In this document: in pieces, positions 17,556-26,534 of the stretch
Numbering within the stretch: the first letter of the stretch is position 1
Layout of the letters: every line of letters begins with the position of its first letter
Source of the DNA: Chitinophagaceae bacterium
GTDB taxonomy: Bacteria; Bacteroidota; Bacteroidia; Chitinophagales; Chitinophagaceae
Assembly: GCA_043742885.1 (NCBI GenBank)
Contig: JAYTXP010000051.1
Location: forward strand, 1 to 43,367
DNA length: 43,367 nucleotides
Direction of reading: 5' to 3'
Notes under the pieces: model-generated
Told to the model about the DNA's origin: nothing
Database searches by the model: none
What the model saw: only the letters and a program-made list of their open reading frames with translations
Made by a program: the position numbers and the translations under genes

Positions 17556-20500
17556 TCAGTAAACCAGGTTGAAACGAGTTCCTAAAGAGAAATTCAGGCT
17601 TTTTTCATCGCTATGGAATCCAACAGAACCTGTAATGGCAAAAAGGTTAAAAGGCAGATAATAAATACCTGCGCCATAAGCGCCATGCCACCTCCTGGTA
17701 AGATCAAAACGGGAATGTACTTTTCCTGCATCACCAAAGAATAATAATCCTATCTGGCCAGGAATGAAATAAGTATTAACATCTCCGAGCTTTACCCGCA
17801 GTTCAAGACTGCTGTAAAAACTAGCCCTTCCTGTATATCGATTTTTACGGAAGCCACGCAGCCCATCTTCCACACCTAAAGTCAACCCCTGGAAATATTC
17901 AAAATTGCGGTTGAATAAATGACCTCCGCCCATTTTAAGTACTGCGATCATTTTGGCCGGGTCATTAAAGCTGGCATAGATGGTCATATCGGAGGTGAAT
18001 CCTACCAGGTCACGACTATTATTATTTAATCCGCGTTGCGCAAAAATTTTATTTTCCCATAAAATACCACGGCTTGGCCAGAACGTATTATTCCTATTAT
18101 CGACTAACATTACCAGTTTCGCTCCCAAATAGGATTTAGTGCTGAAAATACTGGCGGAATCAAGTCCCACATTGGCGGGCTTAGCGAAAATATTTCCAAG
18201 ATTATCTTTTTGGCTGGCAGAATACTGATTGAAATAGGGGCCGATCATCAGGTGAAACTTATCAAAGAATCTATTACGTACCAATGCCTCAAATTCTACC
18301 TTGTTATACCTGACCTGATAATAATTATCCGGCTTAGTCTTATCCAATTCCACATGATTGCCCATGCCGTAAAAATTACGAAGGGCAGTACGCGCCAGAT
18401 TGGCTTTTATCACCACGTCAATGCTTCGGGTTATATGATTGAATTCTCCCGAGTAATCAAATTGCCAGGCGTTATGCTCAACTGCGTATAGAATACGCAG
18501 ATTTTGGTCCGTGGCATAAGGAAGATTACGGAAGCCGTAGGTTCTTCTGGAAAAACCTGCCCCTGCAAATAAATGATCATCCGAATTATAATTCAATGCA
18601 AGCAGAGGGAACTTGCTGTAGTTATAATTAAAATTGAAAAGGCTTTTTTCATTCACCGGTGAATTGCTGGAAAAGCGATTCTTCGCGTGACTTTTATTAC
18701 GGATATAGTTGCCCGTATCTCTTGTATCATAAAGAAGGGCTTCCACTTTTCCACGAATATCAAAGGTGTCGTAATCCTGTCCGCCGATCATTCGTAGTTT
18801 AATGGTAGAGTGGGTATTTGAATCAACCACAAATACATCCTTGTCATTTAGACCAAACATTCTGATCTCTTTGGTGACCTTTGGATCGAATATGCGGTCA
18901 TACATTACGAAGCTGGTATCTGATCTTACTCTGGAAAGTACCCTTACCTGGAGTTTACCATCGGCAGTATTGGATACTCTGAATATTTCACTTTTATTAC
19001 TGCCGATGATATTGACTTTTCCTGAAAGGAAACGATAGTAACTCATGGCGGCCTGCTCAATGATATTTCGACGGCTGATCAGTTTTTTAGCGATGATCTC
19101 GCCATGTAAAGGATAAATTTCTTTTGGTAGTCGCTTTACTGAGGCCTCTATCACTGAATCTGTGAGTTGATCTTTTACGATCCTGATCTGCTTTTCCCAG
19201 TCCTTATCATCCAGGTCATTGAGGTAGATCCTGTCAAAATCACGGGCAGTATAATTCAGCCAGTTCACTTTTGGAATATTACTTCTGAAACCTTTCAGAA
19301 ATGGAAGATTTCCTCTTGTAAGGAATTTCATCATCAGGCCATTGGAATAAAAGAAAGCCTGATCACGGTCTTTGGGAATAGGAGCAAAAACTTTTCCTTT
19401 GCCCGTATCCTGGGTGTCCCATTTCCATTGCCCAAGGTGGCGATCATAATCCGCAATGATCATATCAAGTAATCTTGCTTTCAGAGCCTCATTTTGTAAT
19501 GGACGATGATCTGGTTCATCCGTCATATCATCAAAGATCTTGGCTGTGGTACGAGCATTGGAACCATCGAAAGTTGGATCCTTTTTTTCCAGCATAACCA
19601 CTTTGTTTCGGAATATCTCTCTGTAAAAACCAAGCGCGGGGTCATCTGGAATAAAAAATAATTCCGGATTCGGTGCAGCCAAATGTAATGCGTTGGTTAG
19701 TCCTGGTACGATCAGTGAACCATAAGGCATGGTCGCCGTTTTTAATTCATATGCCATGCTATTGGCCAGTGATCCACGGAAATTGACAGGAATAGTTTGA
19801 CCCGGGTTCTTATCTACTGCGCGAAGTGTATATTCTTTTTTATCTTTTTTGTTCTTTAGATTTAGGGATAAGGTTTGAGTTCCTCCGCCCAAACCAATAA
19901 TAGAGAATCCACCCTTTTCTTTCTGGAGATTCATCACTTTCATATTAACGGGAGTAGCCCATTCCTTCCGATAATTCTCGCCCATAAATAATTTCTTGAA
20001 GGGGCCTGTTTTCGAATATTCACTTTTTAATGCCTGGGTCGTACTGTCTTTATATTTAAGGAATGGGTCCTCTACTATTATGCCAGCCACACTATCAATT
20101 TTTGCAGCAGGAGTAGCAAAATTTAGCAGAGTAAAAGGCGGATATTTTACTACACTATCGCCCACAGTATAAAAAGTGATAGTTACATTCTTGTTCTTAG
20201 ACACTTCCAATACGGAAAACCCCTCTGAAGTATTATTGAATAAAGATTTCTTACTTTTTGCAGTTCGGTTCTGTTTGCAGCCCCCACCACTAACAATATA
20301 ATTATAGGTGCTATCTCTGATAAGTTGCAGGTTATGATCATGTCCTGATACAAACAGCAGATTGGGTGCATTCTTCTTCACTTCATCTGAGATCTCGTTG
20401 ATCATATTGGTATAAGCTGGAAACTTTATATCCTGTGGAGTTCCGAATACGCTACGGGAGATTGGATAAATGGATCCGATCAACGGAAGAGGGATGTAAA

Positions 20501-21230
20501 GATTCTTTTTTATGTCCGTAAGCGGAAAGATATGCTGCTTCAAGCTAAAATATCCTCCGTGAATTCCATTGCTTTTAAAAGGATGATGACAAGCAAGTAT
20601 CACCAGCTTTTTCGCATTTCTTGCGGCTATATCGCCAATTTGTTTGGCCACTTCATCCGTTGTCTTGCAATTGCAATCAGATTCTATTTCGGGTTTATCA
20701 TAAGGATGAAGGAACCACTGGCTATCAAAAAGAATCAATGTTACATTGTCATCCACCTGTACTTCCACCGGTCCGGGACATCCATCTTGTGGTTCGTAGT
20801 GTATGTTGGGATTCTTAAAAGCAAGAAAGGAAACATAAAGTTGCTGACGAAGTACTGCGTTCAACCCACCCTTACTGCCATTCTCCCAATCATGATTTCC
20901 AGGGATCATCCAGAGTTGAGATTTGGTGCCTTCCACCAGTGAAATCTGAGTATCTAAAACGGCACGGGCTCCCCGATAGGTATCATATTCTACATCAGGC
21001 AATCCTTTTTTGTAAAGATTATCACCGAGAAAAAGCACAGTGGTTTTTTCATCCAAAGGAATGAGATTGCGGGCAGCATCAACCACCGGGTGTCTTCCCT
21101 TGGTCAATTGACCTGCATCCCCAATAAGAATGATACGACGTGTAATGGTATCCGAACCATCTTTGGCCTGAGCCTTACCTGGCCCTTGGATAAGTACCAG
21201 TGTAACAAAAATTAATAATATTCTTTTCAT
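17556..21230 (-). CDS. Metallophosphoesterase (purple acid phosphatase-type) + kinase-like domain + Omp85 (BamA/TamA-like) beta-barrel
   Basis: Signal peptide; GDAG, GDNLY, GNHDW, CHHP, GHDH; then GGGTQT, DYDRHLGQW, IPKDRDQAF; barrel with LRGFRKNRY loop motif, FGDAGKV and terminal aromatic (RFNLVY). Confidence 0.88.
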   Translation of the reverse strand: MKRILLIFVTLVLIQGPGKAQAKDGSDTITRRIILIGDAGQLTKGRHPVVDAARNLIPLDEKTTVLFLGDNLYKKGLPDVEYDTYRGARAVLDTQISLVEGTKSQLWMIPGNHDWENGSKGGLNAVLRQQLYVSFLAFKNPNIHYEPQDGCPGPVEVQVDDNVTLILFDSQWFLHPYDKPEIESDCNCKTTDEVAKQIGDIAARNAKKLVILACHHPFKSNGIHGGYFSLKQHIFPLTDIKKNLYIPLPLIGSIYPISRSVFGTPQDIKFPAYTNMINEISDEVKKNAPNLLFVSGHDHNLQLIRDSTYNYIVSGGGCKQNRTAKSKKSLFNNTSEGFSVLEVSKNKNVTITFYTVGDSVVKYPPFTLLNFATPAAKIDSVAGIIVEDPFLKYKDSTTQALKSEYSKTGPFKKLFMGENYRKEWATPVNMKVMNLQKEKGGFSIIGLGGGTQTLSLNLKNKKDKKEYTLRAVDKNPGQTIPVNFRGSLANSMAYELKTATMPYGSLIVPGLTNALHLAAPNPELFFIPDDPALGFYREIFRNKVVMLEKKDPTFDGSNARTTAKIFDDMTDEPDHRPLQNEALKARLLDMIIADYDRHLGQWKWDTQDTGKGKVFAPIPKDRDQAFFYSNGLMMKFLTRGNLPFLKGFRSNIPKVNWLNYTARDFDRIYLNDLDDKDWEKQIRIVKDQLTDSVIEASVKRLPKEIYPLHGEIIAKKLISRRNIIEQAAMSYYRFLSGKVNIIGSNKSEIFRVSNTADGKLQVRVLSRVRSDTSFVMYDRIFDPKVTKEIRMFGLNDKDVFVVDSNTHSTIKLRMIGGQDYDTFDIRGKVEALLYDTRDTGNYIRNKSHAKNRFSSNSPVNEKSLFNFNYNYSKFPLLALNYNSDDHLFAGAGFSRRTYGFRNLPYATDQNLRILYAVEHNAWQFDYSGEFNHITRSIDVVIKANLARTALRNFYGMGNHVELDKTKPDNYYQVRYNKVEFEALVRNRFFDKFHLMIGPYFNQYSASQKDNLGNIFAKPANVGLDSASIFSTKSYLGAKLVMLVDNRNNTFWPSRGILWENKIFAQRGLNNNSRDLVGFTSDMTIYASFNDPAKMIAVLKMGGGHLFNRNFEYFQGLTLGVEDGLRGFRKNRYTGRASFYSSLELRVKLGDVNTYFIPGQIGLLFFGDAGKVHSRFDLTRRWHGAYGAGIYYLPFNLFAITGSVGFHSDEKSLNFSLGTRFNLVY

Positions 21231-21454
21231 TCTATCCTCGCTATGATTATTTAGATTCCTAATACAATTGAATTCAGTTCCTTAACTATCAACACTATGC
21301 TTAGCAAAAGGTTTCAAATTACTGAAATTGTATGCTCCTGAAAAATCTTGTTTGGTATTTTCCTTTAAAAAGATGGTAAAATCTCATTTTTTACCTTTTT
21401 TCAAAAAGTCATATATTCGGGTTCACACGAGAACCAAACCTTAAACCTGAAATA

Positions 21455-24028
21455 ATGAGACTTATTTTTATACAGGTCATACTATGTCTATTCATATCTT
21501 TTTCTGGTTGGTCCCAGATTAAGGGCGATTCCGTAACGATCAAGGGATCTACCTTCAAAATGGGCAATTCCTCCACATTCTGGATGGGCACCAATTATCG
21601 GAAAGAATGGAACACCCCGATAACAGTTCCTATTCTTCACCTGGATAAGGAAAAAGGTGGCTTGACCCCGGTCAAAAAAGGTGGCGGAAAACAAACCAAA
21701 TCTCTTCGACTGGAAGGGGCCGACGGCAGACAATACACCATCCGCTCCATCCAAAAATTCATTACTTCCAAAACTTTACCGGGTGATCTTCAGAGTGAGG
21801 CCGCAGCCGACCTGGTTACTGATGGGGTATCCGCTTCCTACCCATATGCTTCCCTTTCCATGCAGCCCCTTGCTGACGCAGTTGGAGTTCCGTATGGAAA
21901 AGTTCGCCTGGTCTATGTTCCTGATGATCCAAAACTGGGAGAGTTTCGTAAAGATTTCGGCAATATGCTCGCCACTTTTGAAGAGCGCCTTCCCGAATCC
22001 GTAAAAAAAGGATTTGATACCGATGAAGTAGTTGATAAACTTGAAAAGGATAACGACAATGATCTGGACCACGAGGCCATCATCAAAGCTCGTTTGCTTG
22101 ATATGTATGTCATGGATTTTGACCGCCATGAAGATCAATGGCAGTGGGGCTCGGTAGATAATGATCGCGGAGGAAAAACATTTTTTCCGATTCCACGTGA
22201 CCGTGATCAGGCTTTTTATATCAACCAGGGTTTTTTGCCCGGATTTGTAAAACGTAAATCACTGGTACCACAACTGGAAGGGTTTAAGCCCCATATTAAA
22301 AGTGTAAAATTCTTCAATTTTGCCGCCAGAAATTTTGATCATTTCTTTTTCCAGGAAGCTACAGAGGATAATTGGAAGGCTGCCGCTGAAAAAATGGTTG
22401 CTGCTCTCACAGATGATGTGATCGAAAAGGCCATTAATATGCAGCCCCGAGAGATACGCGTTATTTCAGGCAATAAGATCAAAGAAACACTTAAACAAAG
22501 AAGACAATACCTGGTACAGGAAGCAGTAGAATACGCTCGTTTTCTTGCAGAGCAAGTGAATATTACTACCAGTGATAAAAAGGAACTATTTGATCTTAAT
22601 CGTAATGCTGATGGAAGTCTGCTGGTAAAGATATATAAAGTAGATAAGAACGGTAACCAGGCATCTAAAATGTATGAAAGAAAATTTAACCCCCAATATA
22701 CAGAGGAGGTCAGGCTATATGGATTTGGTGGAGATGATCAATTCATGATCCATGGAGATAATGATAAGATCAAGATCCGAATGATCGGCGGGGGTGGAAA
22801 GGATCTGTTTGAAAACCAAGGTAAAGGTAAAGGACACAATAGTGTGGTTTACGACAAGATCGATGGAGGAAATAAACTGGTAGGTGATCTCCGGAATAAA
22901 TTATCATCCGACTCCAATGTCAATAAATTTGAACGTCTTGGATTTAAGTATAATCATTCATTGCCAATGCTTTCTATTGGCTATAACCCGGATGATGGCT
23001 TATCACTCGGACTTGGAATGCGCATAACCCGCCAGGGTTTCCGTAAAGAACCATATAAGTCATTGAATGAATTTTCTATCAATCACTCTTTGTCTACCTC
23101 CGCCTGGCGATTCCGTTTTCATAATGAGATCATGGCAGTATTAGGAAAGAAAACTGATATCACAAGTGACATTGATATCAAATCCCCCTTTAATACCACG
23201 CTGTTTTTTGGCTATGGTATGAATTCTTATCATGACAAAACAAAAACTGAAAAATTTAAATACTATCGTGCCCGTTATTCTCTTGCTGATGTAAATCTGA
23301 ATCTTCGCCATCGATTCTCTCCGAAAGTAGAATTGAACTTTGGACCTACTTTCCAATACTATAATATGGATTCAGATGATAAACTTAATAAGCAGCGATT
23401 CATCTCACTAACCGGTACCGGAGTTGGGAAAAATGGACTGGACTCAGCTACTATTTTTTCAAATCAAAAATATCTGGGGTTGAATTTCTCTCTGAGTGTG
23501 GATACACGTAATAGCAAAGTGCTGACTGAAAAAGGAATCAACTGGCAGACCTCTTTCCGTTATTTAGGCGGAATGGGGGATACGAAATATAGTCCTGGTA
23601 TTTTCAATACAGATTTTAGTTTCTATGCTCCATTGGTAAAAAATCGTCTGACCTTTGCCAACCGAACAGGTTTTGGGACCAATTTTGGTGATTTCAATTT
23701 TCACCAGGCACAGTATCTTGGGAATAATGATGATCTCCGTGGATATCGCCGGGAGCGATTTGCCGGTAAGACAAAACTTTATAACCAGGCTGAACTTCGC
23801 TGGAGAGTATCAAATTTCAAAACTTATCTTTTCCCGGGCTCACTGGGCTTTGTGTTCTTCGCAGATGTAGGAAGGGTATGGGTTGATAATGATAATGTAA
23901 ATAAAAATGCATTTGGATATGGAGCTGGTTTCTGGTTCTCTCCGCTGCGCAGGATCCTGATTACCTTTAATTTTGCCGTTTCTGAAGAAGACAAATTACC
24001 CTTTGTAACGATTGGATGGAGATTCTAA
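21455..24028 (+). CDS. Kinase-like domain + Omp85 (BamA/TamA-like) beta-barrel; paralog of the divergent gene without the phosphatase domain
   Basis: Signal peptide; MGTNYRKEWNTP matches MGENYRKEWATP in the paralog; GGGKQT, DFDRHEDQW, IPRDRDQAF; LRGYRRERF, FADVGRVW and terminal IGWRF. Confidence 0.85.
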   Translation: MRLIFIQVILCLFISFSGWSQIKGDSVTIKGSTFKMGNSSTFWMGTNYRKEWNTPITVPILHLDKEKGGLTPVKKGGGKQTKSLRLEGADGRQYTIRSIQKFITSKTLPGDLQSEAAADLVTDGVSASYPYASLSMQPLADAVGVPYGKVRLVYVPDDPKLGEFRKDFGNMLATFEERLPESVKKGFDTDEVVDKLEKDNDNDLDHEAIIKARLLDMYVMDFDRHEDQWQWGSVDNDRGGKTFFPIPRDRDQAFYINQGFLPGFVKRKSLVPQLEGFKPHIKSVKFFNFAARNFDHFFFQEATEDNWKAAAEKMVAALTDDVIEKAINMQPREIRVISGNKIKETLKQRRQYLVQEAVEYARFLAEQVNITTSDKKELFDLNRNADGSLLVKIYKVDKNGNQASKMYERKFNPQYTEEVRLYGFGGDDQFMIHGDNDKIKIRMIGGGGKDLFENQGKGKGHNSVVYDKIDGGNKLVGDLRNKLSSDSNVNKFERLGFKYNHSLPMLSIGYNPDDGLSLGLGMRITRQGFRKEPYKSLNEFSINHSLSTSAWRFRFHNEIMAVLGKKTDITSDIDIKSPFNTTLFFGYGMNSYHDKTKTEKFKYYRARYSLADVNLNLRHRFSPKVELNFGPTFQYYNMDSDDKLNKQRFISLTGTGVGKNGLDSATIFSNQKYLGLNFSLSVDTRNSKVLTEKGINWQTSFRYLGGMGDTKYSPGIFNTDFSFYAPLVKNRLTFANRTGFGTNFGDFNFHQAQYLGNNDDLRGYRRERFAGKTKLYNQAELRWRVSNFKTYLFPGSLGFVFFADVGRVWVDNDNVNKNAFGYGAGFWFSPLRRILITFNFAVSEEDKLPFVTIGWRF

Positions 24029-24049
24029 GCAGAAAAAATAATTAGTAAT

Positions 24050-24077
24050 AAAAAACCCCGCAGATGCGGGGTTTTTT
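24050..24077. terminator. Bidirectional intrinsic terminator
   Basis: aaaaaaccccgc-agat-gcggggtttttt perfect hairpin between convergent genes, touching the stop at 24076. Confidence 0.9.
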
Positions 24078-26463
24078 AGTTTTCCTGAATTAGTTGTTGT
24101 GAAGTGAGTTCTGATAATGCTACCGATGGGGTTGCGGGCTGGTCTTCAAAATTTACATCTACCCGAAGAGCTTTTAGTCCTGACACTCCCTGTAATTCTT
24201 CCAGGTCATGTTTTTCAATAGTTGGTTTCAGCAAATGCTGACTTTGCAGAAATTCAATATACTCGATGTATTCTGCAGCATCCTTTGCCTGTGAATATAC
24301 AATAGCGATCTTTCCGGGTTGCGTCAGCCTTTCACTGGTATCCTTTATTCTTACTTTATCTATTCTCTTCTTAACAATCTCATACCGGATATTATAAGTT
24401 CCATCTACATCAAATTTTCTTTCCTCTGTACGAAATAATACGGAAAGTGTTTGATTATGGCAAAGTATTAGCTGTGTTGTTTTCAGAACATGACTTAATT
24501 CCGACTCAAGCTTATATGTAAGCCTTGCCGCCTTGGCCATAGCAGTTAGTTGCCACATCTTCAGGTTTCGCAAATAGATCTCATCAAATTTTTTACGCGG
24601 GGTAATGGATTGACCCATGTAAATATTAAATTCAAGACCGTCGGTTACGAATCGTTCGAAATAATGTGGATACACTTTCTGTGCCGCTATCTGTTCTTTT
24701 TCCAAAAATCTTGAAAGTAACTCATTGATACGGGTTACACTCTGCTCATAATCTTTACGATGACGGTATAGCATGCCCAGTTGCGGATCCAGCGTAGAAA
24801 AATAATGTTCAATATCATTTTTAAGTAAGGGTTCAGTTTTATGTAAATGAGTGAAAACGGAAGTGACCTGACCCTTCATGAATTCATTAATACTCATTTC
24901 TTCTTCCGATTGTAAAACATCAGAAGCGCTAGCAATGTATTTTTCAATTTTAAATTCTAATTCCTGTAAAAGGGGAACTTCAAGTTGGTCCTGAGCTTTT
25001 TTTACCAGCCGCTGCGCCATTTCCAGTTGTTCGATCACATCCAGTTGAATGGCATGGGATCTTTCAGTGGAAGAATTACGGATATCAATGGCAGAATAAA
25101 GAGGCACTACTTCGTCGAATACGATTCGTTCAACTTTATCCTCGTTGTTTAGGTGCTTATTTACAATATGATCGATCGCTACTTCCGTAAACTTCCATTC
25201 TACTGAAGGCTGTACAGCAGTAAATTTCTTTTTGATCACTTTGTCTACCTCATAGTTTAATTGCTCCAGCGTTTTTTCAAGGCTTAGGGTAAACAGCGGA
25301 ATGGCAGCTTCCACTTTGCTAACCTGCATTGGCAATAGTTCTTCTGCTTTGACAGACATGATCTCCAGCATACCGATCAGTTCATTTTTTTCTTTTAGCG
25401 GACAAAGGATCAGGCTTCGGGCTCCTTCCTTATAATAAGAGCTGAGACATTGAAAATCGCTTAGCAATTTATCGTCCAGCGCTTCAAAAAGCAAGGGCTG
25501 ATCATTGTCGCGGAAAAGAAGTTTGCAATAATCGCTGATCTCATCCTTATCAGCATTGGTGTTATAATTGCGGAACAGTATACTATTTGAATTATGAATA
25601 CTTGAATAAATATAGTGGCCGTTGATCTTGAAAAAAGGAGTGATGCCGATCTTAAGTCCTTTTATTCCGATCAGGCTTTCTACGAATTTCTCCAATTCTT
25701 CATAGGTCCGATTATTATCGGAGAAAGAATCAAAATCAAGTAAACGGTTCTTCATTTCGGAGATCACCGCCTGTTCTGTTACATCATTGATGCGCATCAC
25801 TGCAAGCCCTTCAAAAACAAATTGATCCAATGGGATCAGTTTCATCAGGTCATCCAGTTTTCTCAATCGGTTAGTAGTTGGATCCAGTAAACTGGTTGGC
25901 AATTCCGGCATTTCATTTTTTGGATTCACCTCAATGAAACGCGCGTCAATACGGAGTTCCATATAGCGGGTCAATCCGGTATTTTCGTCTATATATGGGT
26001 AGATTGATCTGGCTGTTTCAGGACTTTGAAAATGAAGATATTTTTTAAGTATCAGACCATAGGCCAGGTTAAGTTTTTCTTCTGTAAGACTGAAACCTAT
26101 CTGGGTGTCGGGCAGTTGTATCTCACTTGTACCCTGTTTCAGGAGATTTTTACTAAAAAGGGGAGAGGCATATACTGCCTCCATGGAAAAAGGAAGAGAA
26201 ACCCCATACATCATGTTGGCTGTAGTGGGAGGAAATACGGCTGATAGTAATTCTTCAATCAGTTCTGAAAAAGCAAGCAGTTTTCCGGGTTCAGTAATGG
26301 CTTTCAGCAATTCAGGATTGGCCTCCATTTCACTCAGTACCCTGCCATACATTTTTTTCATTCCAGGATTGCCATCCTGAATGTTTTTCCGCAGGGAATT
26401 GACCAAAGGCCCGAAGGAGAGGTGATTATTCTTAATAAATTCAGTGATTTGCTTTCCTTCCAT
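24076..26463 (-). CDS. Cytoplasmic GAF-domain protein with a probable divergent class III cyclase-like C-terminal domain
   Basis: No signal peptide or TM helix; GAF-like ARSLILCPLKEKNELIGMLEIMS; C-terminal LYSAIDIRNSST, FERFVTDG, FDVDGTYN, QPGKIAIV, ELQGVSG. The cyclase assignment is an inference from motif order. Confidence 0.75.
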   Translation of the reverse strand: MEGKQITEFIKNNHLSFGPLVNSLRKNIQDGNPGMKKMYGRVLSEMEANPELLKAITEPGKLLAFSELIEELLSAVFPPTTANMMYGVSLPFSMEAVYASPLFSKNLLKQGTSEIQLPDTQIGFSLTEEKLNLAYGLILKKYLHFQSPETARSIYPYIDENTGLTRYMELRIDARFIEVNPKNEMPELPTSLLDPTTNRLRKLDDLMKLIPLDQFVFEGLAVMRINDVTEQAVISEMKNRLLDFDSFSDNNRTYEELEKFVESLIGIKGLKIGITPFFKINGHYIYSSIHNSNSILFRNYNTNADKDEISDYCKLLFRDNDQPLLFEALDDKLLSDFQCLSSYYKEGARSLILCPLKEKNELIGMLEIMSVKAEELLPMQVSKVEAAIPLFTLSLEKTLEQLNYEVDKVIKKKFTAVQPSVEWKFTEVAIDHIVNKHLNNEDKVERIVFDEVVPLYSAIDIRNSSTERSHAIQLDVIEQLEMAQRLVKKAQDQLEVPLLQELEFKIEKYIASASDVLQSEEEMSINEFMKGQVTSVFTHLHKTEPLLKNDIEHYFSTLDPQLGMLYRHRKDYEQSVTRINELLSRFLEKEQIAAQKVYPHYFERFVTDGLEFNIYMGQSITPRKKFDEIYLRNLKMWQLTAMAKAARLTYKLESELSHVLKTTQLILCHNQTLSVLFRTEERKFDVDGTYNIRYEIVKKRIDKVRIKDTSERLTQPGKIAIVYSQAKDAAEYIEYIEFLQSQHLLKPTIEKHDLEELQGVSGLKALRVDVNFEDQPATPSVALSELTSQQLIQEN

Positions 26464-26534
26464 AACGATAGTTTTGGCAGAACTGTTTGGATAAGGTCGC
26501 CTGATTGTAAATGTAACAAAGTCCGGGGATAGTC

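Noticed and set aside
21231-21454. 224-bp AT-rich gap as a possible ncRNA or riboswitch
   Set aside because: No stable structure or known RNA motif seen; adequately explained as a divergent promoter region.
17556-24028. Calling either barrel protein BamA or TamA
   Set aside because: The N-terminal regions are phosphatase and kinase-like domains, and I could not recognise a POTRA series; only the barrel is Omp85-like.
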